Assembly (NCBI RefSeq): GCF_002854065.1
Contig: NZ_CP024147.1
Direction: 5' to 3' (one strand)
DNA: 64,000 nt
DNA from: Escherichia coli
GTDB lineage: Bacteria; Pseudomonadota; Gammaproteobacteria; Enterobacterales; Enterobacteriaceae
Position numbers and translations under genes: made by a program. Shown here piece by piece: positions 9,230 to 18,717 of the stretch (its first letter is position 1; the number at the start of each line of letters is the position of its first letter). Below the pieces are notes generated by a model. It was not told the origin of the DNA. It searched no databases and saw only the letters and a list, made by a program, of their open reading frames with translations.

Positions 9230-10105
9230 ATGAATAAACCTGACGGCCTTCAGGCCTTTGAACAACCGCTTGCGTCGCTTCCGTGCACACTTCGCCAGCT
9301 TATTCTTGAACGTATCCAGAACCTGACCCATTACGAGCCGGTGATTGGAATCATGGGCAAAAGTGGTACAGGTAAATCCTCTCTCTGCAACGAACTTTTC
9401 CGGGGCGAGGTGTCCCCGGTGAGTGACGTGAATGCCTGTACTCGCGACGTGCTGCGTTTCCGGTTACGCAGTGGGCGTCACAGCCTGGTGATTGTTGATT
9501 TACCGGGCGTGGGCGAAAACGGGCAGCGGGATCAAGAATACCGTGCCCTGTACCGTCGAATCCTGCCGGAGCTGGACCTGGTGCTGTGGGTCATTAAGGC
9601 CGATGATCGGGCACTAACCGTGGACGAGCAGTTCTGGCACGGTGTGATGCAAACTTACAGGCAAAAGGTACTGTTCGTGATTAACCAGGCCGACAAAATC
9701 GAACCCTGCCATGAATGGGATACCCTCACCAGCAAACCTTCACCGCACCAACTGGGAAATCTTAAAGCGAAGCAGGCTGCGATTATGGTGATGTTTAAAC
9801 CGCATCATCCGGTCTGTGTGGTGTCAGCCCGCACTGGATGGGGCATTGAGGAGATGGTGGCAGCCATGATGCGCTGTCTGCCTGACCGCGCCACCAGCCC
9901 GGTGGTGACACAACTGCACAGGAAACTCTGCACAGAGCCGGTAAAGTCGCAGGCTCGTGACAGTTTCGGTGAAGCTGTGGGCCGGGTTTTCGATACCGCA
10001 GAATCATCTTCGTTCCTGTCTACATCGCTGAAAACGGTGATTCGTAGCGTGCGTGATGCGGTGGTGTCGGTCGCACGGGCCGTCTGGGACTGGATATTCT
10101 TCTGA
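9230..10105 (+). CDS. Prophage-associated GTPase, YkfA/YfjP/YeeP family
   Basis: 291 aa; P-loop GKSGTGKSS and DLPG motif; this family is typical of CP4-type islands. Confidence 0.75.
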   Translation: MNKPDGLQAFEQPLASLPCTLRQLILERIQNLTHYEPVIGIMGKSGTGKSSLCNELFRGEVSPVSDVNACTRDVLRFRLRSGRHSLVIVDLPGVGENGQRDQEYRALYRRILPELDLVLWVIKADDRALTVDEQFWHGVMQTYRQKVLFVINQADKIEPCHEWDTLTSKPSPHQLGNLKAKQAAIMVMFKPHHPVCVVSARTGWGIEEMVAAMMRCLPDRATSPVVTQLHRKLCTEPVKSQARDSFGEAVGRVFDTAESSSFLSTSLKTVIRSVRDAVVSVARAVWDWIFF

Positions 10106-10348
10106 TATCGCAATTTTCTCTGCGAATGATGAACTTGTTGTTAATGATGTGTTGATTGTGGACACGTCCTTTCCATTGCGTTTTATCATCAACAAAATCA
10201 GGAGAAGCATCATTATCTGTCAGACGAGCGCTCACAAGGCCGGGCTGCTCATAAAAAATAGTTCCGATGTTGTCCATACCCTGTCCACCCCTTCCTTTAA
10301 AGTAATCATTATTAATTCAGAGAGTTAACTTCTCAGGAGAAATCTTTC

Positions 10349-11065
10349 ATGACGCTTCAGGAGCGGCGACATGACCGGCTTGCCGTCAGGTTGTCGTTGA
10401 TTATCAGCCGCCTGGTGTCCGGTGAAACTCTGTTTATTCGCAAACTGGCAACTGAATTCGGGGTGTCAGAGCGCACGTTACGTCGTGACTTTCGGGAACG
10501 TCTGATGTATCTCGACCTGGATTATTACCAGGGGCAGTGCAGTCTGCGCTCGGATATTCACAGTACGCGGCAGGAAATAGATATTCTGACCTTTGCTCAC
10601 CGTACGGGGCTGGCCGGGGTTTTCCCGGGCTTTGACCGGCGACTGGTCAGCAGCCTGCTGGACTGTGATGATCGACCCTGTCTGGTATGGCATCAGGACA
10701 GACCTCATCCCCCGGCAGGAAAGCTCTCCTTCTACAGGCTGGTCAGAGCTATTTCTGAATGTCAGCGCATCACCATTCTGACTGAAGGGGAGCGTCATGA
10801 GGCCGTTGCACCTTACCGGCTAATCGCTCTGGACGGTTACTGGTATCTGGTCGCTGAACATAACAGGCAATTACGTGTCTTCCGGCTGGATGAGATTCAT
10901 CTGGTAAGGCCATCGCGGGAAACATTTATTCGCAGTGAGCTTCTCTATCAGCTGTCGGAGGATAAACATTTTATCTCTGCCTTACCTCATTTCCGTTTTA
11001 TTCAGCAGTCGCTGAATTCATTTTCTCCCTCAGAAAGTCGGGGGCAATCCGGACAAACTGATTAG
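10349..11065 (+). CDS. WYL-domain transcriptional regulator, YfjR-like
   Basis: 238 aa; N-terminal HTH ([16 protein letters not shown]), C-terminal YWYL-containing segment ([11 protein letters not shown]). Confidence 0.7.
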   Translation: MTLQERRHDRLAVRLSLIISRLVSGETLFIRKLATEFGVSERTLRRDFRERLMYLDLDYYQGQCSLRSDIHSTRQEIDILTFAHRTGLAGVFPGFDRRLVSSLLDCDDRPCLVWHQDRPHPPAGKLSFYRLVRAISECQRITILTEGERHEAVAPYRLIALDGYWYLVAEHNRQLRVFRLDEIHLVRPSRETFIRSELLYQLSEDKHFISALPHFRFIQQSLNSFSPSESRGQSGQTD

Positions 11066-11100
11066 AGATGGTCTCCATAATTAAATGTAAGGTTAATCTA

Positions 11101-11553
11101 ATGAAAGAATTGAAATTGTTGTCTTTACTGCCAGTCATATTGTTCCCCTTACTTATCGCAGGTAATGCTCACGCAGCACGTCCTTATAGCGGATTCCTGC
11201 CTGCAGCAGTGAATAATAAGAGTGGGAATATATTCTGGTGTGATGCCCACCGCCAGGTCAGAAAACTGTGTACAGCGACGGAAGTGGATTCAATGGGATG
11301 GTTTATTGTTGTTCGCTCGAAACCTTCCAGAGATTGTCCGGGGGGCCTTTGGGGGTGGATCACTCCCAGTAAAGACGATGTAGCAACAGGGTATACCATT
11401 ACGCCAGGTAAAGAATTCAATCTCACCATGAAGGATATGTGCAGTCCCGATATGAAAGTAACGTTCCGCCCGAATAAAAAGGACCCTCGTTATGACGATC
11501 TCGTCGGGATTTATGCAGGGAAAGAAGCTTTTCGCTACAAACAAATAAAATAA
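11101..11553 (+). CDS. Secreted or periplasmic hypothetical protein
   Basis: Signal-peptide-like N-terminus MKELKLLSLLPVILFPLLIAGNAHA; start taken at internal Met. Confidence 0.5.
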   Translation: MKELKLLSLLPVILFPLLIAGNAHAARPYSGFLPAAVNNKSGNIFWCDAHRQVRKLCTATEVDSMGWFIVVRSKPSRDCPGGLWGWITPSKDDVATGYTITPGKEFNLTMKDMCSPDMKVTFRPNKKDPRYDDLVGIYAGKEAFRYKQIK

Positions 11554-11624
11554 TCCAACTGTTTTTTCGTTACTTTATTGTTTTAAACAACAAAAGCCTT
11601 ATTACATGATTTGAGGACAACATT

Positions 11625-12098
11625 ATGCGACTGCCTTACGTAATATTTACATTAGCTATGCTGGCTTCTGTATCAACAGCACAGGCTATTCCCAATATGT
11701 GGACGAGTGGTTTTGGGATGGGCGTGACCGAATATATTATTACCAGCCCGGAGAAGGTGGTGTTTAATCTGAACTGTACTGGCAATCCGGATGCGCAGAA
11801 TATTCTGCAACACGGTGTTGATCTCACCCTGCCTGATGGAACATCAGTAAGCTCTCATGACGACGGAACGGAAATCACGGTCGTCATGGATAACAGTCAG
11901 TATCCGTTACCGTCATTCCTCGGCTGGCGAAACGGTGACAATGCCTGGGTGTCATTTATTGACGCCCTGAGCCAGTCTGCGAATTTTGATGTTTACGTCA
12001 ACGATAAAAAAGTCGGCACCTTCAGTCCGGGGCTGAAGAATACGCAGAAAGAGCTGTCTGACCTCAGTGAGTGCCGGACCACACACTACAGCGATTAG
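11625..12098 (+). CDS. Secreted or periplasmic hypothetical protein
   Basis: 157 aa; signal peptide MRLPYVIFTLAMLASVSTAQA; followed by a clear intrinsic terminator. Confidence 0.55.
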   Translation: MRLPYVIFTLAMLASVSTAQAIPNMWTSGFGMGVTEYIITSPEKVVFNLNCTGNPDAQNILQHGVDLTLPDGTSVSSHDDGTEITVVMDNSQYPLPSFLGWRNGDNAWVSFIDALSQSANFDVYVNDKKVGTFSPGLKNTQKELSDLSECRTTHYSD

Positions 12099-12153
12099 TT
12101 ACTTACATTTCAGACCTCTCCAGCCCGCTACGCACCAACACCAGATAGCAACA

Positions 12154-12190
12154 GGCCATGCTCCTTCGGGAACATGGCCTTTTTTGTTTT
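12154..12190 (+). terminator. Rho-independent terminator
   Basis: GGCCATGCTCCTTCGGGAACATGGCC hairpin followed by a T-run. Confidence 0.6.
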
Positions 12191-12218
12191 TATTTGATTA
12201 TCAGATAAGGAGTTAGCT

Positions 12219-13040
12219 ATGCGACTAGCCAGCCGCTTTGGCCGTATAAACCAGATACGCCGTGACCGGCCTCTGACCCACGAAGAGCTGATGAGTCATG
12301 TACCCAGCGTGTTCGGGAGTGACAAGCATGAATCTCGTTCAGACAGGTACACCTACATCCCGACCATCACCATCCTCGAAAGCCTGCAGCGGGAAGGCTT
12401 TGAGCCGTTCTTTGCCTGCCAGACAAAAGTTCGCGACCAGAGCAAGCGGGAGCACACCAAGCACATGCTTCGACTGCGTCGCTCCGGGCAACTGACCGGG
12501 CATCAGGTGCCGGAAATCATTCTACTTAACAGCCATGACGGCTCATCAAGCTACCAGATGCTGCCGGGCCTGTTTCGTGGCGTCTGTACCAACGGCCTGG
12601 TCTGCGGTCAGTCATTCGGAGAAGTGCGGGTACCGCATAAAGGGAATGTTGTCGAGAAGGTGATTGAAGGGGCTTACGAAGTGCTCGGTGTGTTTGACCG
12701 GGTGGAGGAGAAGCGCGATGCAATGCAGTCACTGGCACTGCCAGAACCAGCCCGTAACGCCCTGGCGAATGCCGCGCTGAAGTATCGCTTTGGTGAAGAC
12801 CACCAGCCGGTCACGGTATCGCAGTTGCTGACCCCACGTCGCCGGGAGGACTACAGCGATGACCTGTGGACCGTATACCAGCGCGTGCAGGAGAACCTGA
12901 TGAAAGGAGGTCTGTCAGGGCGAACCGCTCAGGGGAAAAGCAGCCGCACCCGTGCTGTTATCGGCATTGACGGCGATGTGAAACTCAATCGCGCCCTGTG
13001 GATTATGGCAGAAAACATGCTCGAATTTTTCGGGCGTTAA
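12219..13040 (+). CDS. DUF932-family protein (YfjQ/YafZ-like)
   Basis: 273 aa, the same length as the K-12 prophage paralogs; sequence resembles that family. Confidence 0.65.
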   Translation: MRLASRFGRINQIRRDRPLTHEELMSHVPSVFGSDKHESRSDRYTYIPTITILESLQREGFEPFFACQTKVRDQSKREHTKHMLRLRRSGQLTGHQVPEIILLNSHDGSSSYQMLPGLFRGVCTNGLVCGQSFGEVRVPHKGNVVEKVIEGAYEVLGVFDRVEEKRDAMQSLALPEPARNALANAALKYRFGEDHQPVTVSQLLTPRRREDYSDDLWTVYQRVQENLMKGGLSGRTAQGKSSRTRAVIGIDGDVKLNRALWIMAENMLEFFGR

Positions 13041-13070
13041 ACAACCGTTCCGGCATAAGGAGATAGTTTA

Positions 13071-13511
13071 ATGGATACCCACAACCCTGAGTTTGCTGAG
13101 CAGGCAGCAATTACTGCCTCGGTAGTCCCTGACGAGTTACGTATCGGCTTCTGGCCAAAGCGCTTTGGATCTATCCCACAATGGATAACCCTTGAGCCCC
13201 AAATATTTGGCTGGATGGATCGTCTGTGCGCTGATTACAGCGGCGGCGCCTGGAGCTTTTACACACTCAGCAACGGCGGCGCATTTATGGCTCCGGAGCC
13301 CGACGGTGAGAAGTGGACGTTGTTCAACCCGATGAATGGAAACGATGCGGAGATGAGCGGAGAGGCTGCCGGTATAGCGGCCTGCCTGATGGCATACAGC
13401 CACCACGCTTGTCGCACCGAATGTGACGCGATGACTGAGCACTATTATCGCTTACGTGACTACGCGCTAAACCATCCGGAATGCAGCGCCATTATGTATC
13501 TAATCGACTGA
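13071..13511 (+). CDS. Antirestriction protein, ArdB/KlcA family (YfjX/YafX-like)
   Basis: 146 aa; resembles the CP4-type antirestriction paralogs; position between DUF932 and RadC-like genes matches that module. Confidence 0.7.
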   Translation: MDTHNPEFAEQAAITASVVPDELRIGFWPKRFGSIPQWITLEPQIFGWMDRLCADYSGGAWSFYTLSNGGAFMAPEPDGEKWTLFNPMNGNDAEMSGEAAGIAACLMAYSHHACRTECDAMTEHYYRLRDYALNHPECSAIMYLID

Positions 13512-13523
13512 GGAATACCTGAC

Positions 13524-14066
13524 ATGAATATCGCATTATCCCCGGTATCATCGCAGCCTGAACTCTTTCCGCTGGCGGTTATGGCCCAGCATAGTTGCCT
13601 GCTCCCCGCGACCTCCGGATTGACACCTTATGCCCAACGGACCATTCGACGTGCTATCAACCTGCTGGATAAATATCTGCGCCAGCCCGGCATGTCCTTT
13701 ACCTCAAGCACGGCTGCCCGTGACTGGCTTCGGTTACAGCTGGCAGGACAAGAACGGGAAGTGTTTATGGTGCTCTATCTCGATAACCAGCACCGTTTAC
13801 TGGAGAGTGAAACGCTATTTGCCGGTTCGGTTAACCATGTCCAGGTCCATCCCCGTGAGGTGGTGAAGTCAGCGCTTCGCTTCAATGCTGCTGCTGTTGT
13901 GCTGGCGCATAACCATCCATCCGGTGATCCGGAGCCCAGCCAATGTGACCGCAACATTACGGGCAGGCTTAAAGAAGCGCTGGCACTGGTTGATGTGAAC
14001 ACTCTCGATCATCTGGTTATCGGTTCAGATGGAATTGTGTCGTTTGCAGAGCGAGGCTGGATATGA
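13524..14066 (+). CDS. RadC-like JAB-domain protein (YeeS/YfjY/YkfG family)
   Basis: HNHPSGDPEPS JAMM-like motif; start may be the internal Met at about 13581. Confidence 0.75.
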   Translation: MNIALSPVSSQPELFPLAVMAQHSCLLPATSGLTPYAQRTIRRAINLLDKYLRQPGMSFTSSTAARDWLRLQLAGQEREVFMVLYLDNQHRLLESETLFAGSVNHVQVHPREVVKSALRFNAAAVVLAHNHPSGDPEPSQCDRNITGRLKEALALVDVNTLDHLVIGSDGIVSFAERGWI

Positions 14067-14076
14067 GGGCACTTCA

Positions 14077-14418
14077 ATGAAATCTACTGACTCAGAGAAC
14101 GATTCATTTCTCAAGTGGGGTCTGAATCGTAATGTGACACCTTGCTTTGGCGCTCGTCTGGTACAGGAGGGAAACCGGCTGCACTATCTGGCTGACCGGG
14201 CCAGTATCACCGGTAAGTTCAGCGAAGCAGAATGTCTTAAGCTGGATATGGCATTCCCGCATTTTATTAGCCAGATGGAATCGATGCTGACTACTGGTGA
14301 AATGAATCCTCGCCATGCCCACTGTGTCACCCTGTACCACAATGGTTTCACCTGCGAAGCCGATACCCTTGGCAGTTGCGGCTACGTATACATCGCCGTT
14401 TACTCCACCCATCGTTAA
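14077..14418 (+). CDS. CbeA/YeeU/YfjZ-family antitoxin (type IV TA)
   Basis: 113 aa from internal Met; [23 protein letters not shown] is close to the YeeU sequence. Confidence 0.8.
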   Translation: MKSTDSENDSFLKWGLNRNVTPCFGARLVQEGNRLHYLADRASITGKFSEAECLKLDMAFPHFISQMESMLTTGEMNPRHAHCVTLYHNGFTCEADTLGSCGYVYIAVYSTHR

Positions 14419-14438
14419 CTACTTTCACAAGAGCAAAT

Positions 14439-14780
14439 ATGAAAACTCTACCTGCAACAAATCCGCAGGCGGCGAAGCTATGTCTGTCGCCCGTGGCTGT
14501 CTGGCAAATGCTGCTTGCACGCCTGCTGGAACAACATTATGGCCTGACACTCAACGACACGCCATTCAGTGATGAAACGGTAATTCAGCAACATATCGAT
14601 GCCGGTATATCTTTGGCCGATGCCGTTAATTTTCTGGTGGAAAAGTACGGGCTGGTTCGTATTGATCGCAGGGGATTCGACTGGCAAGAACAGTCCCCAT
14701 ATCTGCGGGCAGTCGATATTCTGCGGGCGCGACAGGCAACTGGTTTATTGAAAAGAAATCGTATTAGCGCGGCACGGTGA
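14439..14780 (+). CDS. CbtA/YeeV/YkfI-family toxin (type IV TA)
   Basis: 113 aa from internal Met; directly follows the cognate antitoxin; sequence resembles the YeeV/YpjF family. Confidence 0.8.
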   Translation: MKTLPATNPQAAKLCLSPVAVWQMLLARLLEQHYGLTLNDTPFSDETVIQQHIDAGISLADAVNFLVEKYGLVRIDRRGFDWQEQSPYLRAVDILRARQATGLLKRNRISAAR

Positions 14781-14783
14781 ATA

Positions 14784-15017
14784 TTGGGAATAGCCTTCCT
14801 GATTCACACTGCAGCTTTCCTTACTTATTTAATTTACTCATTCCAAAAAGCACCTGCCGATGCTGGTTGGTGCTTTTACTTATATGGACGAAATATCATG
14901 CAAATAGAAGCTGTAATTTTAACTGGGCACATTATCGCAAGTACAATCCGGGAATGCTGGGCCGTCGTTGTTGATGGTTTTGACGCATGCGGCGAACAAG
15001 CTTATGATCCAGCTTAA
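14784..15017 (+). CDS. Small hypothetical protein following the toxin (YeeW-like position)
   Basis: 77-aa ORF starting 4 bp after the toxin stop; coding status uncertain. Confidence 0.3.
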   Translation: MGIAFLIHTAAFLTYLIYSFQKAPADAGWCFYLYGRNIMQIEAVILTGHIIASTIRECWAVVVDGFDACGEQAYDPA

Positions 15018-15043
15018 TTTCTTTTCCTCATGAAGGGACGGGT

Positions 15044-16051
15044 ATGGGCAACAGAATGTGGATGATTCGCGGTGACGGCGGCAAGCTCTATGACGATTTT
15101 CGCGATAAGCAAATTGTAGGCATCGGTTGGTCTCAGCTGGCTCCATTAGTCAAACCCGGCCTGTCCCGAGCCCAGTTACTCGCCTTATACCAGGAGGCAG
15201 ATCCCTTAACAAAGCTGGGAACAGCCCGTTCTGGTGCATCGCAGGTCTGGCGTTTTGTGAATGAGATCCAAAAGGGTGATTGGGTTATTACCTATTCGCC
15301 AGCCAACCGTACTTATTTGCTAGGCAAAGTCACATCCGACTTCCAATATCATCCTGAATGGGTGGAAGAGGGGATGGGGATCGCTCGGCAGGTTAAATGG
15401 AATACTCAAGAAATCGACCGCGATAGACTGTCTGTTGCTACCAAAAACACATTGGGTTCTACGCTGACGGTTTTTCAGCTTCCAGAATATGCGCTAGAAG
15501 AGCTTTTGCAGGATAAGAAACCCACTATAGATGTAATTACTCAGAATCCAGTTGCAATGGATGAAGATGAGGTCGTTTCTGATCCGCTTCGCGATATGGA
15601 AATGCTGGCGTTTGAGGGTATCAAAGATCGTATTAACTCTCTTGATTGGGACGAGATGCAAAATCTTGTTGCCGGAGTTTTACGCAGTATGGGCTATAAA
15701 ACGCAGGTTTCACCTGCGGGAGCCGATCGGGGTAAAGACATCATTGCTTCACCTGATGGGTTCGGTTTTGAAAATCCGCGTATTATCGTTGAGGTAAAGC
15801 ACCGCAGGGAACAGATGGGAAGCCAACAGATACGCAGCTTTATCGGCGGTCGCCATAAAGACGATCGCGGGCTTTATGTCAGTACAGGGGGTTTTACGAA
15901 AGATGCTCGATATGAAGCCGACCGTTCGACGATACCACTGACGCTCTGGACACTTGATGATCTCGTCCGTGCGCTTATTGAGAACTACGAACAAGTTGAT
16001 ATCGAGACTAAACTTTTGGTGCCTCTGAAGAAAACTTTCCTGCCTGCCTGA
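15044..16051 (+). CDS. Mrr-cat (PD-(D/E)xK) restriction-endonuclease-like protein with an uncharacterised N-terminal domain
   Basis: C-terminal half matches the Mrr catalytic core pattern (GADRGKDIIA...IIVEVKHRRE...QQIRSFIGG...GLYVSTGGFTKDA); N-terminal ~160 aa does not look like the K-12 Mrr N-terminal domain. Confidence 0.65.
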   Translation: MGNRMWMIRGDGGKLYDDFRDKQIVGIGWSQLAPLVKPGLSRAQLLALYQEADPLTKLGTARSGASQVWRFVNEIQKGDWVITYSPANRTYLLGKVTSDFQYHPEWVEEGMGIARQVKWNTQEIDRDRLSVATKNTLGSTLTVFQLPEYALEELLQDKKPTIDVITQNPVAMDEDEVVSDPLRDMEMLAFEGIKDRINSLDWDEMQNLVAGVLRSMGYKTQVSPAGADRGKDIIASPDGFGFENPRIIVEVKHRREQMGSQQIRSFIGGRHKDDRGLYVSTGGFTKDARYEADRSTIPLTLWTLDDLVRALIENYEQVDIETKLLVPLKKTFLPA

Positions 16052-16211
16052 ATCTTGCTTTGATAGCCATATCGGTGTTCTACTGGTATGGCTTTATACC
16101 CACTTGCAATGTCTATTTTTTATACGGACTTTAACTTGTGGGTACAAGTGTGGGTATAACTATTTATTCCTATTTATAAACTGCATTGATATCAGTCTGT
16201 TAGGTGTGAAA

Positions 16212-16248
16212 TTCGAGTCCGGCCTTCGCACCTTCGCACCTTCGCACC
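16212..16248 (+). repeat. Degenerate tRNA 3' end repeat (leuX-like), probable island attR
   Basis: TTCGAGTCCGGCCTTCGCACC resembles the T-arm/acceptor 3' end of tRNA-Leu (leuX); TTCGCACC is triplicated and ends in CCA; no full tRNA is present. Confidence 0.55.
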
Positions 16249-16450
16249 ATCGGAACATCAATAGACATCAACGGACGTTTTTTTATGACTGAAATCCGCG
16301 CCACACAAGGCTTTTCGCTATTTTTCGCTCAACCTAAGTCAACCTACATCAACTTACTGATGTGGATACAGCTACAGCTGCGGCTATACCCCGATTCGAT
16401 AATGTTTGTACCCACACAAAACCCTTGAAAGGCTACAAGGCTGAAATTGT

Positions 16451-16669
16451 CTAAACCATAGAGATGATTTTTATGATCCAGTCTTTCTCTTGTTGAGATA
16501 GTTCCAGTTTGCTCACTCGTGTTAAGAAGGTATTGATCACCTGAACATCCGAATTGGTGAGCCTATTTAATAGAGCGGGTGGTATACCTTTACTAACAAT
16601 CGCTTTGCGGTGACTTTCGTAGTTTTTATTACTCATTGTTGATCCTAAAAAATCATTGTATGGCGGCAT
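16451..16669 (-). CDS. Small hypothetical protein (72 aa)
   Basis: ORF only; no recognisable motif. Confidence 0.3.
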   Translation of the reverse strand: MPPYNDFLGSTMSNKNYESHRKAIVSKGIPPALLNRLTNSDVQVINTFLTRVSKLELSQQEKDWIIKIISMV

Positions 16670-17014
16670 TGATCGTTTCCAGCAACCTTTACTTACTCAC
16701 TTCGAACTGCATCCTCGTAGACTGTTCCACTACAATAATCGAAAAGGCGCGGATGTCCATTCAGGTATCCCGCTAATACGTATAGCAATAACAATGGCTT
16801 ATGCGGCGCGCGCTGTTCACCCTTGTGCCAGATTTTTATATTGGCAATTGCCTGCTGTAGCGATTTACTGGAAGCTATTGATATCCCTGGCAGTGAAATA
16901 ATTGCGATCATGCTCGCAAATTTTCTGCTGTTCAAGCCTGCAAGTGAAGATATATTACCTTGATCTCATTTGTTTTTTTGCTGCCTGTTCTGAGAACGTA
17001 TAAGGACATTCTCC

Positions 17015-17665
17015 ATGAATAAACTCCCTGATCATCTTCCGCGGCGGTATATCATCGAAGCTATCCATTTATGGGATGCGGGAGAAACTCATCAGTTCCA
17101 GCCTGCGCGGTTGTATGAGATTGAATATCATGGCCGACGTTACCCCTCGAAGGCGATTGCTGGCATCGCAGCGACATTGATGACGGGGACGCAATTTACC
17201 CCTGCGGATTTCACCGGCGGAATAAAATCTAAATGTGTCAAGCTACTCATAGAGCAGGGATTTCATATTCATCTGGATAAAGCCGCTGCGGCTCCCATAG
17301 CCGACGTTCTGTTCCCGGATGAGTTGCCGTCGCAGGAGACATACCTTGAAGGTGCGGCGATAAAGGTGACAGTAAACCGCTATGAACGCGATAAAAAGGC
17401 CCGAGATAAAGCGGTCGAACATCATGGATGCCAGTGCAACGTATGCGGTGTTGATCTGGTGAAGATCTATGGTGATATCGCTGAAGGCTTTATCCATGTG
17501 CATCACCTGGTGCCGCTGTCAGCCATTAAAGAGGATTACCAGCTGGATCCAGTTAATGATTTGCTGCCTGTGTACCCTAATTGCCATGCGATGTTGCACC
17601 GACGCAAACCACCGTTTACGCCGGAGCAGTTAAAAGCGCTGATGGATGCGAATAAATCAAATTAA
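17015..17665 (+). CDS. HNH endonuclease-domain protein (McrA-like, putative type IV restriction nuclease)
   Basis: C-terminal HNH signature HHLVPLS...DLLPVYPNCHAMLH with upstream CQCNVCG zinc-binding pair; N-terminal ~110 aa uncharacterised. Confidence 0.65.
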   Translation: MNKLPDHLPRRYIIEAIHLWDAGETHQFQPARLYEIEYHGRRYPSKAIAGIAATLMTGTQFTPADFTGGIKSKCVKLLIEQGFHIHLDKAAAAPIADVLFPDELPSQETYLEGAAIKVTVNRYERDKKARDKAVEHHGCQCNVCGVDLVKIYGDIAEGFIHVHHLVPLSAIKEDYQLDPVNDLLPVYPNCHAMLHRRKPPFTPEQLKALMDANKSN

Positions 17666-17672
17666 TGAACGC

Positions 17673-18653
17673 TCACCTTTCGCGCCAAAACTGCAAAATT
17701 GCTTCTACAAACTTGTCAGAAATAATCCCCCGACGGGCTGCCGTGCTGAAATGACTGCTTCGCAGTGCCGTCGTCCAGTTCTCCGGTGACCGGTACGCTG
17801 AACCGTAATATCCCGTGCTTAAATCGTCCGGGTCTTCATCAGGCGCGTTCGTCAGTCCTCTTTCACCTTGTTGCTGGAAGTCGACGAAAATAATATTGGC
17901 TAAAACATTATTTTGATAATTGCCATAAATAACTTCATACGCATGAGGGAAATTTTCTTTCCAGTACCAGGTGGTATCGCCGCAAAACCACGGTGCGTCA
18001 GTAATATTATTAAGCTGAGAATGGTATTGTTTTAGATCCCTACGAAAGGCTTCAACCATATGATTAAAGTGTTGAGGGTGTGACGCGTAGTCACTGGTCA
18101 TTAAGTCAAATTCGCCTTGCATCCAGCATACGCCGAGGAATTTGTTATGCGGATTTTTTGCCAGTGCGGCTCGCGTTCTGCTGACTAAATCCTGGTATAG
18201 CGGAGTATCCGTTCCCCAACGACAAGCATCATGGCTGGCTCCGTGCCGTTCTGAATATGTTCCTTCGCTGCCCGCGGTAAAAGCCGATCCGCCACGGCAA
18301 CACGGAACGATGAGAACCCCTGCATTATCAGGAATAAAGGGCAGTAATTTCCGTGCTATATGCAGTGCCTGGCCAACGGTGCCGTACTGTGTTTGATGAT
18401 TCGTTGCCAGAGGATGGTGATAACCCTGCATATCCTGAACATCGTGTGGGCAGTGAGTCAGTGGAATAATGTCGTTAAAGTGACATGACGGGCCTCCGGG
18501 ATGCGTATGCGCAAATCTCGCTAATTGTTTAATTCTGGGATGAGGCGCATCTTCCCTGTCCGGTAATGGCAGTCCTTCGCCATACGCCATGGCATTAGAC
18601 TGACCAGCAACGGTAAGAATATAGTAATAATCAGGCGATATTATTGCGTTCAT
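17673..18653 (-). CDS. nanS: NanS, 9-O-acetyl-N-acetylneuraminate esterase
   Basis: Matches K-12 NanS (YjhS) from MNAIISPDYYY; conserved position in the nanCMS operon. Confidence 0.85.
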   Translation of the reverse strand: MNAIISPDYYYILTVAGQSNAMAYGEGLPLPDREDAPHPRIKQLARFAHTHPGGPSCHFNDIIPLTHCPHDVQDMQGYHHPLATNHQTQYGTVGQALHIARKLLPFIPDNAGVLIVPCCRGGSAFTAGSEGTYSERHGASHDACRWGTDTPLYQDLVSRTRAALAKNPHNKFLGVCWMQGEFDLMTSDYASHPQHFNHMVEAFRRDLKQYHSQLNNITDAPWFCGDTTWYWKENFPHAYEVIYGNYQNNVLANIIFVDFQQQGERGLTNAPDEDPDDLSTGYYGSAYRSPENWTTALRSSHFSTAARRGIISDKFVEAILQFWRER

Positions 18654-18717
18654 ATAAATTTCGCGTAATTGAAATGACAAATTGATAGCAGGGCCCCTTT
18701 ACCGGGGCCCTGAAGCG

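Noticed and set aside
9805-10277. Minus-strand ORFs of 69-102 aa
   Set aside because: Overlap and lie antisense to the 3' end of the GTPase gene and its downstream AT-rich spacer; no support.
16212-16248. Possible tRNA gene or CRISPR-like repeat
   Set aside because: Only the 3' terminal ~20 nt of a tRNA is present with no anticodon or D-arm, and the 8-bp units are contiguous without spacers; interpreted as an integration scar instead.
16693-16935. 80-aa minus-strand ORF divergent from the HNH gene
   Set aside because: No RBS or recognisable motif; may simply be promoter region of the HNH gene. Not listed as a feature, but not firmly excluded.
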